Origin: Amoebidium appalachense
Lineage: Eukaryota > Protista > Ichthyosporea
Direction: 5' to 3'
Length of the DNA stretch: 64,000 nucleotides
Assembly: GCA_963693365.1 (NCBI GenBank)
Contig: CAVNZM010000019.1
Span: 283,227-347,226, forward strand
Part shown: piece by piece, positions 32,974-44,558 of the stretch
Layout of the letters: each line of letters begins with the position of its first letter
Position numbering within the stretch: the stretch's first letter is position 1
Translations under genes and position numbers: made by a program
The notes under the pieces: model-generated
What the model was told of the DNA's origin: nothing
The model's input: only the letters and a program-made list of their open reading frames with translations
Database searches by the model: none

Positions 32974-33107
32974 CACACTACTCACAATGATAGCGCTAAA
33001 AATTAGAATTTAAGAGTTGGACTTGAGTTAATTGCTGAGGTGGTGGGGCACACCATGTCATTGAGATGGAGGTAAGCCTAAGGGTATTCTGTTGTGATAA
33101 ATGCATC

Positions 33108-33290
33108 GCGTGACATCATCATTTCGGCACCGTGCGGAAAATTGTTGATAGTGTAGCGATCGTGACATCATATTCGCACGTGCGGAAAAGGATAGTGAAG
33201 CGATCGGTGACATATATTCGGCACCGTGCCGAAAAGAAGTTGTAAGCGATCGTGACATCATCATTCCGGACCGGCGAAAATGGAAGTGCA
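33108..33290. repeat. Degenerate copies of the 61-bp palindromic repeat upstream of the Rep-helicase
   Basis: gtgacatcatcatttcggcaccgtgcggaaaattg... occurs ~4 times and is the reverse complement of the 120-469 unit. Confidence 0.8.
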
Positions 33291-33476
33291 AGGAGGGGAC
33301 GTCATCACTGGAAGCAACGGTGTGGGAGCACCCACACACACCCAACACATACACACACACACGCACACACACACGCACACACATGACACAGCTAGGACAA
33401 AGACTCTGTTCTTCCATACCGTCAGGGAACATATAAAAGCGACTGTCGTCAGATATAATCTATCACATTAATAGCA

Positions 33477-35516
33477 ATGACCTCCATGGAGAACTCAAAT
33501 GTCTGCTGCGAGGGTGCGGAACAACCGCGCCAGGCCCACCAGGGGTCTTCCATGCGCGGGCGGCACACCGACTGGTTTTTCAGCATCTTTTCAAAAGAGC
33601 GCGCCCACAGCATGCAAGTCGATAGCACGGAGTTTGCCCATGACGACCTGCACCGCTCTTTAGATACAGCGTTCGGGTTGCAATATGCTGAGACCACTGC
33701 TCGTTTCACTAAACGCACGAAGACCGCCCATATTCACAGCAACGCTAAGTTCAAGCCACCCGGTCCTAACCGTGCCGCTCTGAAGAACTGGGCAAAGGAC
33801 AAATTCCCTCCCGAGAACAAACTGAACATGAGTCCAATCACATGCTGGGACAAAATCGACCGTTGGTCTGTTCTTGGTAGCCAGACTACTGTCTTTGGCA
33901 CGTTCCCTGGACCACAGGCACATACTGCTACCGAAAAGGTCATGGAGGCACTCACCAAGTCTACGGAGGAGAAGAACAAAGAACTACGCGATCTCTTTGA
34001 CGCCTTCGAAGTAGAGAGTGAGGATCCGCCCATGGGCCACCGCGCAATGTGGGGCTATATTCCCGCATCATGGGGCGTGCCAGAGGTCGTCAAATTTCTC
34101 CGCCACCACGCCGCATACATACAGAACACCAATCTCTATGTCATGAGGAAGTACAACCACGAGCGCAAGATCTACGAACTGGATGTGTATGGACGTGAAA
34201 CGGCGAAGGCAAATTTGGAGAAGATCGTGCTGGAATACAAGGAAGTCGATCCTGAATCAGGCACGATCCAGAAACGTAAGTACACTGGTGTAGACTTCAT
34301 GACTGGTAGCGACATCCTCACATATGCCGTTGCCGTTTTCGATCCCTCCTCACCTCACCCAAAGGACGGAACCGTAGACCCCGACTACCTTGACCCGAGT
34401 CACCGCGTTTTCAACCTGTTCCGCGGCTTTCCCTACAAGTACAAACCCGACTTCAGCTACACTGGACCTAGCTCCCCAATTATCCCATACCTTCCTGGGC
34501 GTACTCCACCACCCATCACAGCTTCCGTTCTGGGAAAGTACGGTTTGCACAACGGTCACCCTGCAGAGTTGTTTTTTACCCACGCGTTCGAGATTCTCTG
34601 TGCCGGGGACGAAACCTGCTTTGACTACCTAATCACATGGGTAGCTCACGTGTTCCAGCATCCTGCTTCCAAACCTGGGACAGCCATCCTTGTCCGTTCA
34701 GTTCAAGGGACAGGAAAGAATATTTGGTTCAATGTACTCAAGGCGTTGGTTGGTAAAAAATACTTCGTTGATGTTAAGAACAAGGAGCACATTTCAGGGA
34801 AATTCAATGCCCACCTGTGCAACAAGCTATTTGCGGTAGTAGACGAATGTGTATTCGGAGGTGCCCATGAAGTGAACAACCTCATCAAGAGTCTCATCAC
34901 ACAAGAAGAAACTGTATTAGAAAAGAAAGGCGTGGACGCCATACAGTCCACTACCTTTGAACGATATGCTTTTCTGTCCAACGAAGATTGGCCTGTGAAG
35001 ATAGAATCATCCGATCGTCGGTTTATATGCCTCGAAGCCTCTCCTTTGCGGGTGGGACAGACGGAATACTACAGCCAGTTCATCGAACACCACGCCGATG
35101 CCCAGGTACAAGAGACGATCTACCAATTCCTGATGAACATCCCCGGTGTGCCTGTGACCATGCCCCGCCCCCCAAGCACAGAGCTGCATCGCGAACTCAT
35201 GGAGAAGAGTCTTCCGCTGGAGGTTCAGTTTCTAAAGGATTTGGCGCGGGGAGATGATGGAGTTGGGGAAACGGGAATCGTTGATGGGGCATGGGTGACC
35301 ACCGCGGGGATGGTCCAGGTCATGCGCGATTGGGCAACGGCTAACGGAATGGACGCAGCACGAGTGGTGGGATGCAAGAAACTGGGATCTACACTCAGGA
35401 AAGTGCTCGGAGAGCGCAGGTCGGTTGACAGGAAGTATGTGCATGTGGGAAACCCGGCATCGGCGGTGGTGTCGGCATATCGTTTCGACAGGACGATTGT
35501 CATTAACTACAAGTAG
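33477..35516 (+). CDS. Replication initiator-like protein: HUH (CRESS-Rep-like) N-terminal domain + D5/DUF5906-type SF3 helicase + wHTH
   Basis: 679 aa. Walker A GTAILVRSVQGTGKN, Walker B FAVVDE, motif C YAFLSN, and DRRF. The N-terminal WFFSI / TKTAHIHSNAKFK / VFGTFP recall Rep motifs I and II and the post-III EFGEF. The helicase call is firm; the HUH call is tentative. Confidence 0.8.
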   Translation: MTSMENSNVCCEGAEQPRQAHQGSSMRGRHTDWFFSIFSKERAHSMQVDSTEFAHDDLHRSLDTAFGLQYAETTARFTKRTKTAHIHSNAKFKPPGPNRAALKNWAKDKFPPENKLNMSPITCWDKIDRWSVLGSQTTVFGTFPGPQAHTATEKVMEALTKSTEEKNKELRDLFDAFEVESEDPPMGHRAMWGYIPASWGVPEVVKFLRHHAAYIQNTNLYVMRKYNHERKIYELDVYGRETAKANLEKIVLEYKEVDPESGTIQKRKYTGVDFMTGSDILTYAVAVFDPSSPHPKDGTVDPDYLDPSHRVFNLFRGFPYKYKPDFSYTGPSSPIIPYLPGRTPPPITASVLGKYGLHNGHPAELFFTHAFEILCAGDETCFDYLITWVAHVFQHPASKPGTAILVRSVQGTGKNIWFNVLKALVGKKYFVDVKNKEHISGKFNAHLCNKLFAVVDECVFGGAHEVNNLIKSLITQEETVLEKKGVDAIQSTTFERYAFLSNEDWPVKIESSDRRFICLEASPLRVGQTEYYSQFIEHHADAQVQETIYQFLMNIPGVPVTMPRPPSTELHRELMEKSLPLEVQFLKDLARGDDGVGETGIVDGAWVTTAGMVQVMRDWATANGMDAARVVGCKKLGSTLRKVLGERRSVDRKYVHVGNPASAVVSAYRFDRTIVINYK

Positions 35517-35961
35517 ACTCTCTAAGCAGATATAAGCGGTTCTAAGCAGTACACAACCACCTCATCGAGCATTTTCATTGGTGGATCTAGTTGGGGGTGG
35601 CAATTGGTACGATTTGATTGGTCTAGGCATTTAAGCACTTGCCGAGTGCTTAAACCCACTCCCCAATACACTCATCTCCGTCGCGACACAATATATTCAC
35701 ATCTTCAGCTTGACTCTTTTTTTAACTGCTTAGAGTGCTTGAAGTGCTTAGAATAGTGTATTACATAATCAAATTACGGTAGATTCCCCGTTTAAGAAGT
35801 ACAAAACCAGTAAATTGGATTTGATAAATACCGGAAAATAAAATCCCCCCTAGGCACTTGGAATAAAAAACTAGGCACTTGGCATATAAACTAAGCAGAT
35901 CGGTGTGAAGATGGGCGAGATCCATAGTGTACGTGATTGTTTTTATCTGTATATATAAACG

Positions 35962-36498
35962 ATGGACGGTGCCCGCCCGTTTAAGTGCACATGGCCGGAA
36001 TGTAGCTGGGCCTTTAAACAGATGGCCCATTTGAACACCCACATGCACCGTCACTTGGGCGCGCCGTTCAAATGCAAATATCCAGGGTGCACCGCAGCGT
36101 ACACGACTCCCGCCTCTCTGTCTATACACCAATGGAAGCACCGCGACGAAAAACCTTTAGATGCGAGAGATGTGGCAAAGAGTTTATACACCCAAGCCCA
36201 TTCCAACTCCACCGACTCAATGTACATTCAAACACCTATGCACAGTGTGCACATGGCCCAGCTGTGGCAAAGCTTCAAATACAGATATTCTCTGGTAGTC
36301 CATCGACGAAAGCATACCGGGGAACGTCCGTACTCCTGCCGGAACAACATTGGGCAAAGTTTGCAAACTACGTGGAAAAAGCACGGCAAACAACACCAAA
36401 AACCCAACGACAAAAAACAACACCGAAGAACACACACACACCAGCACCCAGCCCCCCCACCCCACCCCCCAAACCGCCCCCCCCCCCCCGCCGAATAA
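35962..36498 (+). CDS. C2H2 zinc-finger protein (frameshifted in this consensus)
   Basis: RPFKCTWPECSWAFKQMAHLNTHMHRH, PFKCKYPGCTAAY...LSIHQWKH, FRCERCGKEF..HRLNVH (alternate frame) and HRRKHTGERPYSC. TATA ~10 nt upstream. Confidence 0.75.
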   Translation: MDGARPFKCTWPECSWAFKQMAHLNTHMHRHLGAPFKCKYPGCTAAYTTPASLSIHQWKHRDEKPLDARDVAKSLYTQAHSNSTDSMYIQTPMHSVHMAQLWQSFKYRYSLVVHRRKHTGERPYSCRNNIGQSLQTTWKKHGKQHQKPNDKKQHRRTHTHQHPAPPPHPPNRPPPPAE

Positions 36499-36524
36499 AG
36501 AATGCCTATTTTCACTACTCTAAG

Positions 36525-37147
36525 ATGACTGGAAGTGATGGGTCGAAATCGTAACACGCCTTACCACCGGAAACCCAAGCTCGGGAGGACTGCGTGCTGA
36601 CGGGAACCGACGTGATACTGGTGGTCCACATCACCCGATTCGTAGACGGCCTACAAACAATCCTTGCAAGACAGAGCACATACCCCAACCACCGCCCAAC
36701 ACTTTATTTGTACGGCCACTCCCCGTGGCGTGCATACAAGTCTGCCTTGGACGACGGGAAGTCACGGGGGGTGCGCATACTTATTGACGATAGGATAGGC
36801 GAGTGGATAACAAGGCCGTGGACAAAAGACTCCAATCTGCGACACAGCAAGGGATACGAGCTGGTGAAGCAGTTTTTTATTGAATTTTTGAAAGACGAAA
36901 ACAACAGACACAAGTTCCCCCAGGATCCCCCGTGAAAACATCATCTCTCTATGCACTGTATTCCGAATGGGTGAGACGACAAGGGTCAGACATGGAGGTT
37001 CACATGAACCTATGTGTATTTGGCAAAGTTCTGAGGCACATATTCATGATGAAACCAGTAAGTACAAAGAAACTAAGTGCAAACAAGGTGACCATCAAGG
37101 CCCACAGATTCGACTACAATCACATGACTAAGTGTCTAGGGCTCTAA
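36525..37147 (+). pseudogene. Inactivated nuclease-wHTH gene, copy C (frameshifted)
   Basis: Near-identical to 19286-19918 with several small deletions, which may be sequencing errors. Confidence 0.6.
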
Positions 37148-37159
37148 ACACCCCCCCCC

Positions 37160-38626
37160 CTACACCCCCTCGGGGAACGGCAGGTGCCTGTACGACTTGT
37201 CGCCCATGTACTGCAGCTTCCGCCCGAGCGCCCACGGCATGTCGCACTGCGTGATGTGCAGCAGCCGCGTCATGAACCGGTCCCACTTCGAGTCCATCAG
37301 GAACCCGGCCGCACGGAGGAGCCAGTGGTTGTAGAGGACCAGGTCGCAGTCGCTGGAAAACACAAGCGGGCGGATGAGCCCGCTGGGGTCGGCGAGCACG
37401 ACCAGGCGCACGTGCCTGAAGTTGACCATCTCGATGGTCGGGGGCATGTGGTAGACGAGCTCCTTGTCGCTGAACATGGGCGCCGTGACGGTCAGCGAGC
37501 GCAGGTTGACGGCCTGCGCGATGGCCACCAGCGCGCGCGGGCTGTGGGGCACGTGCATGATCTCCAGCACATGGACGTCCTGCAGCGCCCAGTTGTGGGC
37601 GGGATGGAAGCACTCGAACTCGCGGGCGCCGGCCACAAGCAGCCGGTTGCCTGGGTAGTCACTGGCGCTGTCCCCGGTGGTGGTGATCTCGATGTCGCGC
37701 ACCTCCTTGCCGATCTGGACGCTGGTGCACCCGCGCAGCGTGCCGCGGGCCTGTGAGCACAGCAGCTCGACACGGTGGGCGCGATTGATGGTGTCGAACA
37801 CCACCATGCCAAAGACGCACACGTGCACATTGCGCATGTTGACGCAGGACTCGATGTTGTGGATGTTGTGGATACCGGGAGCGGAGCCGCCGCTGCCGTA
37901 GCCGTACTGGTGGCCGCACATGGAGCGGAAGCGGTAGTCCAGATGCAGTTTCACAAGGCCCGCAGGCACATGCAGCGCCGTGCTGGGGATGGCGTAGATG
38001 TTAGAGGGGTTCACACGCGTGCACAGGTGGACGTGCAGATGGGCCAGGTTTTCGAGCGCAGTGAGATCCATGACTACACCAGGTGTGGGCCTGGGAGTGG
38101 CAGAGAAGGCAAGGGTCAGACTCGTCAGGTTCTGGATAGCGCGGCCCAGCAAGGCGAAGGGGGCGACAAGGGGGGTGCGGCACTTGAAGGAGTTGACCTC
38201 TGCGACCTTGAGGTTGGGAAACAGGTCTGGGTAGATGGGCTCCGTGCTGGTGTAGCGGTGGTTATGGGCAGCCTTTGCATGGTGGTTGGCCAGGTCCCGG
38301 TACTCATCAAGAACCATGTGGAGAACGAAGCGCATGGGCGGAAGCTCGGCAAGGCGCTTGTAGTCAGCAGTGGTGGCAAGGACGTGGGTGGCACGGACGC
38401 GCGTGGCAAACTCGATTGACTTCGGACCCTTGGATAGGTCGACGCGCATGTGGCTGTTCGGGCGCGCCAGCTCTGCCTCGTGTACGTGGCGAAGCGCTCG
38501 GCAGGTGAGCGCAATGCTGCGACGTGAGCGTGCGTCCAGGAAGGAGCAGATGTACAGAAGCAGGTAGTGGTTGCCCAAGACCAGCTGTTGTGCGCTGGGA
38601 GAAAGGGTGGACTGATCGGCGCCCAT
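37160..38626 (-). CDS. F-box-like protein, copy C
   Basis: Only a few amino-acid differences from 20053-21519. Confidence 0.75.
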   Translation of the reverse strand: MGADQSTLSPSAQQLVLGNHYLLLYICSFLDARSRRSIALTCRALRHVHEAELARPNSHMRVDLSKGPKSIEFATRVRATHVLATTADYKRLAELPPMRFVLHMVLDEYRDLANHHAKAAHNHRYTSTEPIYPDLFPNLKVAEVNSFKCRTPLVAPFALLGRAIQNLTSLTLAFSATPRPTPGVVMDLTALENLAHLHVHLCTRVNPSNIYAIPSTALHVPAGLVKLHLDYRFRSMCGHQYGYGSGGSAPGIHNIHNIESCVNMRNVHVCVFGMVVFDTINRAHRVELLCSQARGTLRGCTSVQIGKEVRDIEITTTGDSASDYPGNRLLVAGAREFECFHPAHNWALQDVHVLEIMHVPHSPRALVAIAQAVNLRSLTVTAPMFSDKELVYHMPPTIEMVNFRHVRLVVLADPSGLIRPLVFSSDCDLVLYNHWLLRAAGFLMDSKWDRFMTRLLHITQCDMPWALGRKLQYMGDKSYRHLPFPEGV

Positions 38627-39338
38627 TGTGATGAACGCGCCGTGAGTTCGTATGGAGAGTGAAGTTTGAAAGCTGTGCTGTGGTATACCCCTCCCTGAGA
38701 GCCACCACACCAATAGCGCGCTGACCAATCAGACGCGTTGACCAATCAGACGTACCGACCAATCAGACGTTTGGAGTTGCCGACCAATCAGCGTGATGTC
38801 CAATCGGATAGAGGGTCTTGTATTCCTGTGGAAGATGACCGAAGGATCTGTAGCCAAGGCATGCAGCGTCTGATTGGCTCAGTTACAGCATTTGTGTTAT
38901 TTTAAAATTGACTGGTTATGATACAGTATTGATGTGATGTGAACGTCGCGATTTACAACACTCCAAGCACGCCAATTTGAAAACAAAACCGAAATATTAA
39001 TTTGAAAACAATACAGAAATATTTAAACCCGATTTATACGAACATTTTTGCCATTGTTTTCCTATTGAACAGGTTGTTGTTTTAGTTTCTACTCAGAGTT
39101 CGGAAAAGCGACTCGCGGTCAGGGTTATAACCGAATTGGGATCCCTGAAACAAAAACCCAAACAAAGATTGAAAAAACGGACCCCCATCCACAACAGACC
39201 CAAGCTCTGTTTAGTTGTTTTTGCGCCGAAGGACACTTTCGCACCCTGGCAAAGCCACTGGGACCAATCAAATTGGCTATAGGACCCATATAACACCATC
39301 ACTGCTTCGGATGCTGCCAGTCTTGCAAACCTGCAGCT

Positions 39339-40355
39339 ATGAACCACAAGCCAAACGTTAACCTGTGGCGCCTGCGCGACAAGCTCTTCCAAGCGACAAC
39401 ACCGGCCAGCGAGGCAGCGCTCATGGGCGTTCCCGTCTTCGGCGAATTCGACATGCACTCGCCCCCAGCCAACATGCACTCGTTCCCCGCCAACACAAAA
39501 CCTGCACGCGCAATACCGCCCAAAGACGACTGCGTGCATGCACAGCCTTCCCAACCCCCTTTTGCAGTTGTGCACGCACCGCCCCTGTGCAGCAAGGACG
39601 TGCGAGTGTACCCGTTGCAGACAACATGGCCACCACCACCGGGCAAGATTCCGCTACGCAGGATTCTCCCGTACAAGACTTCAGGTGCTGCGGCCAGCGA
39701 CGTGGAACAAAAGCAACGGGATGTATTTTATTGGAAGGCAGGGGCGAATCCAAGTAGATGTGGACGGTACTTACGCAAAAACAAGATGGGGGCCTCCAAA
39801 AAACTCACCTCCCCGCGCCTACCAGTGGCAGTCAACGCCGAACCCAACGCGCCCTGGCGACCACTCTCTTTTCCGGATTTGGACACGGAAGAGACCACAG
39901 AGGCAGCGGATAGGGAGAACGCAGCAGCGCCCCCAAGCAGCCAGGTGTGCGAAGCAGCAGCGCCCCCAAGCAGCCAGGTGTGCGAAGCAGCACGCGAGCC
40001 GCTCGTGTACGAGGACCACAGTTCCGTCGACGTCGACGACCAGGTGGCCTTCACGGGGCAGATGGTATCCACGAGCAGCCCCCAGTCGGAGACAACGGGA
40101 GAGCAGTGCGAGATCTGGGTGTCTGTCGATCGATCTCCGCACCCCCCATACATCTACTACAACGTGAAGCATGTCATAGTGCAAGTAACAAACAAGGGTT
40201 CTAAAATACACATCGCATACGAGGAGGCCTCCTCCAACCAGCTGTGGCAACTGCAATTTAAGGACAACAAGAAGCCTTTGCATGTAGTCATAGGAGGCAA
40301 TGGAGAAAACACTGTTGCGGTGAATGAGGTGTGGGTGTGCATTCGACCAGGATAG
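39339..40355 (+). CDS. Hypothetical protein, 338 aa (copy C)
   Basis: Homolog of 22281-23297 with the frame preserved. Confidence 0.65.
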   Translation: MNHKPNVNLWRLRDKLFQATTPASEAALMGVPVFGEFDMHSPPANMHSFPANTKPARAIPPKDDCVHAQPSQPPFAVVHAPPLCSKDVRVYPLQTTWPPPPGKIPLRRILPYKTSGAAASDVEQKQRDVFYWKAGANPSRCGRYLRKNKMGASKKLTSPRLPVAVNAEPNAPWRPLSFPDLDTEETTEAADRENAAAPPSSQVCEAAAPPSSQVCEAAREPLVYEDHSSVDVDDQVAFTGQMVSTSSPQSETTGEQCEIWVSVDRSPHPPYIYYNVKHVIVQVTNKGSKIHIAYEEASSNQLWQLQFKDNKKPLHVVIGGNGENTVAVNEVWVCIRPG

Positions 40356-40719
40356 TGGTGTGGGGTGTTTGCTGGGTGGGTGAGTGTGTATGGGAGAGAG
40401 GAATGCTATACCCGTAATATAGACAGGGCAGTGTGTACAAGTACCACAATGTGATATGCTATGATATGCCCCAACCCATACATGTGCAAATGTGCAAACC
40501 AGCGCAAATATCCCATCGTTTGTTTCTTACGATGTCTTCTCGTAAGCACGATTTGGTGCAAACATCATCTATGTATCTGAATCCTAACATGTAAGCGAGA
40601 CTTCACGACAGCAAGAGTGAATAAACGCAAAAGTCAATACATAACCACACTTGGACGTATCTGAAACATGCATGTGCGTATGTGTGTGTGGTGTGCATGT
40701 GTGGTGTGTGTGTGTGTGG

Positions 40720-40787
<68 letters not shown>

Positions 40788-40865
40788 TATGTGTGTGTGG
40801 TGTGTGTGTGTGTGTGGTGTGTGTGTGTGCCTGTGTGTGCGTACAGATGTACAGATGCCAAGTCT

Positions 40866-42046
40866 TCACGATTTATTTTGCGGGGTGCCCGTGGTGGCCG
40901 GCACCCACACATTTTGCCACCCAGAGGGGAAAAGCATCCACAACCACTCACCCTCGGGGGAGTTGGGGTCTTCAACTTCTAAATTCTCGCATACAGTATC
41001 TTTAACAGGCGGTGTGAGCGGGCTTGGGGATGGGTATGGGCTTGGTGGAAGATATGTGCATGGTGGGGGTTGGGGAGAGAAATGGGTGTTTGTGTGGGCT
41101 TGTGGGGCAGGAACAAGTCTTCGGGGGGGCCAAGCCCGGTCGCAGCTGTCGTCTACGGCCAACAAGCAGCCTCGCACAGCCGTCCACACCATGCTGATGC
41201 TGCAGGACGAGTGTGTGGCAGTCGGCACACACGAGCACGGTGGCAGGGCATGCAAAGATGTGCAGGCAGTGTGGACAAGGACAGGAATGGAAGCGGAGGG
41301 GGAGGTCGGCGGCCACGTAGGCCTGGGGTGTGCCGGGTGAAGCTGGGCGGCGGCGGCAGCTGCACAAGGGGCAGTATTCGAGGGCGGGGGTGTACTTGTC
41401 AGTGACAAGGTGGCGCAGGCGACCCGCACGCATGTGAGCGAGAAAGGCCTCCGCATTGCGGTAGTGTGTGCATGCACAGACGGGGGAGGCACATTCGGGC
41501 ACGGGAGCGGGGAAGCCAACGTGCCACATGGCACATGCAGGGTTGTGCGGGGCCATGCGGTGGGCGGTGGGGAGGGGGTCTGGGATGTCGGGTATGCACG
41601 TGCACGTGACGGGTATGGTGGTCAGCAGGGAGTAGACGGCATTCCAAGCCCGCCGACGCTGTGTGTTGATATAGTTGTGGGTGCGACGGGCGATGCGGAA
41701 GGCACAGTGGGTGCCGCTACGGCATGTGTCGCAGCAGCCGGGGAGGCCGGGCACGGGAGAAGAGTGAGTCGACAGCGAGGTGAAGCACGAATAACACAGA
41801 TGGGGAACACTTGTTGTCGCAAGGGTCAGGCAGTGGTCGCAGCCACAAACAAAATGGGTGATGGCGGGGAAGTGTTTTGCCTTCGTCTTGAGATGCGGGG
41901 TGTTGTGGTAACCGCAGACGGCACACGCGTCGGAGGAGCCGCCACAGACGCGAAGGTCTGTGCAACGAGTGCATTCACAGCCTTCAACGGGCTTTGGGGG
42001 TGAAGGGAGGGGCGGGGGGAGTGGGTGGGGGGAGTGGGGAGTTCAT
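40866..42046 (-). pseudogene. Cys/His-rich protein, copy C (frameshifts in G runs)
   Basis: Homolog of 23886-25064, with a frame change at ~41125. Confidence 0.55.
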
Positions 42047-42527
42047 GTTTTGCAAGGGTGGGTGAAGAGAAATCGCTGTGAGCGAAAGGTGAAAAAACGA
42101 AAAGGTGAACAAACGAACCCGATTGGAGTGAGAGTTGATGTCCATGTGACACTGTTTGCCTGTCACACAATCTTCAATTAAAAATGCCATCGCGTCATGG
42201 AAATCTCCCGCAAGCGACAAAAACGGTGGGGTTTATTAATGAAACGCAATTTACATGGCAATCCGCGCCGCGGAATGCGATTTAATCAGACAAGATCGAT
42301 AAACCCCCCTTTCTCCTCAAAGATCAAAGGGTGGTGATCAGACGCCAAATGATCTGATTGGTCAGCTTTATATCACGTGACATGATAAGATTATGACACA
42401 TTTGATAAGCAGGCATTGGGTTATTGGGGCTGTCGAGCTCAAGTGCGAGACAACGCGCAACGTTTAGCGGCTATTGTTGATGATTATGTAGGTGTATATA
42501 AAGACTGAAATGCCAACAGAAGAGGCC

Positions 42528-42840
42528 ATGGCTCCAACACAAAACCCCAAACCGGCTGCACCTACGATGCCGAACCTAAAAGCAGCAAAGCCCAAACCCA
42601 CCAGTACAAGCGCGCCCAAACCGGCTGCACCTACGATGCCGAACCTAAAAGCAGCAAAGCCCAAACCCACATGCACAAGCGCACTCAAACCGGCTAAAAA
42701 AAAAGTATGTATCCCAGGACAAGTGCCCCAACAACTCCAAATCGTGCAAGCTTGCGCGGCGCTGCCCCGTGTGCACAGGACTCGTGCGACGCATCCATCC
42801 GTACATGTCCGCCCAACCTAAAGACTCCGATCCATCCTGA
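42528..42840 (+). CDS. Small basic Cys protein, copy C (A-run frameshift)
   Basis: MAPTQNP(KPAAPTMPNLKAAKPKPT)x2; homolog of 8213-8524. Confidence 0.45.
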
Positions 42841-43767
42841 AGCATGCACACTCTTCGTGTCCGGCCGGGGTGTCCGGGCGCTCCTGCATGGCATAGAAGA
42901 AGGACTTGGGCTCCATGGGCAACTGCTGTATGCCGGCAAAGGCCTTCTCCAGGGACCGACCCAGCTTCCCCAGGTCGCGCAGCTGGGGGTCCATGAAGGT
43001 GCTGCTGGCTGGGACGCCGTGTGGATGGTGCACGTCAACGTCCAGAGCCTCCAGGGCGCGCGAGAGAAACGTGTAGAGGTGCAACGTGTTGATGTCGAGC
43101 GCAGACGTTATCGAAACGCCCGTGTCTATATTGATGCGCTGGGCAAGCACCTTGAAAACCAGCGCCTCGGCGTGCTGGGCGCAGATGTTGCGGGTCTTGA
43201 AGCGGGAAGTGACTTGCACGTTTGCGACCTTTTCAAGGATGGTCACCAGGCTGTGGACGTCAAGCACGGATGTCGAGCTGAGTGTGGCCACCAGGAAACC
43301 GACAAAGGTAGCGCGAATGTGGCGGGTGGCATCCAGAGGGGTGGTGGAAGGGCGCGCGCCACGGGTCTTCTCGTAGAGCCGGGTTTCGTGCAAGTGCAGC
43401 GCCTTGCTGCGGGCGCTGTTAAACCACCCCAGAAAATCGAGGGCCAGGGGGGACTCGTACAAGACCTGGGTGGTCAGGTGAAGAAACGCAGCCGGCGAGA
43501 CCAGTATGATGTTACCCTTTTTGCAGTAGTGTGGGGTACCCTGTAGGGATCATCAAAGATCAGCATGGATTGAGTATGGTGGGGGTGGGTCACCCTTCGG
43601 ATCCGAGAACACGGGAAAGAGATAGTCAAGGATACTGAGAAAGAACATACCCACGCAAAAAGCTACCGCCGCCACGGCCACTATGGTGCCCGGATCCACC
43701 ATTTAGTAGGGGTGTTGATAAAGTGCCGAGCAACAATTAGCTTTTTGTGTGTGTGTGTGTGTGCGTG

Positions 43768-43815
<48 letters not shown>

Positions 43816-44558
43816 GGGGGGCTGCCTACCGGGTCTGTGCTTGGCACACCGCCGACGACGTTGGCGATTTTGGCCTGGTCCAGACGGTCCCGGATCTCAT
43901 TGATGTCCCTGTAGCCGAGAAGCGCACAGATACTACCAGCGTCCAGGTAGAAGAGTTTGTCCCTGCTCGCGGCATACGGGAGCGTGCAGTTGACGAACGG
44001 TACAAAGCACAGCGGGTGAAGTCTGTCGAACGCCTGTTTCAACAGCTGCGAAACGGGCTGGGGTGCAAGATGGCGCCTCCAATCACTAGCTGTGGCAATC
44101 GCTTTGATTTCACCAGGTGGCTTTCTGGTCATTGAAATGTTAGCGCGCGGGCGCTTTGATTGTCTCGTGTCAGAATCGTGGTTCTCGGCAGACCCGAGCT
44201 GGTCAAACCATGTTGTGGCTGGCGTGGTTGTGGTGGGTGGTAGCGTGGGGGCTTGAGTGGCGACCGCTTGCAGATGCAGATGTGTGGGAACAGGACGCGC
44301 CGCCGGGGAGAGGGGGATTGTCTCGCCGCAGACCATGTCGAAGTCGAAGACGTGGTTCTGGCCGTGGCTCGTGGCTGTCGTCGGGGTGGGGGCATAGAGC
44401 ATGGAGCCATCACCTAGTTGGTTGTCAAAAGCAGAAAAATCGTCGGCGGTCAGCGGAACGAAGTCGGTACTGTGTATGATACCCAGGTCGGGTTGTGGGG
44501 TGGGTGGAAACGTGAAGGTGCTGTATGAGACAGGCGCAGCGCCATGTGTCGTGTACAT
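42818..44558 (-). CDS. Spliced Bro-N-like protein, copy C (exons 44558-43830, 43540-42818)
   Basis: Diverged, but phase-0 GT-AG sites and the 723-nt exon 2 are conserved. Confidence 0.7.
43553..43702 (-). CDS. Intron-nested PPxY membrane micro-protein, copy C (49 aa)
   Basis: [49 protein letters not shown]. Confidence 0.6.
   Translation of the reverse strand: MVDPGTIVAVAAVAFCVGMFFLSILDYLFPVFSDPKGDPPPPYSIHADL

Noticed and set aside
33477-35516. Classification as Helitron, CRESS virus or Polinton
   Set aside because: The helicase is D5/DUF5906-type SF3, not Pif1. There is no catalytic Tyr, no capsid, and no pPolB, integrase or packaging ATPase in the window.
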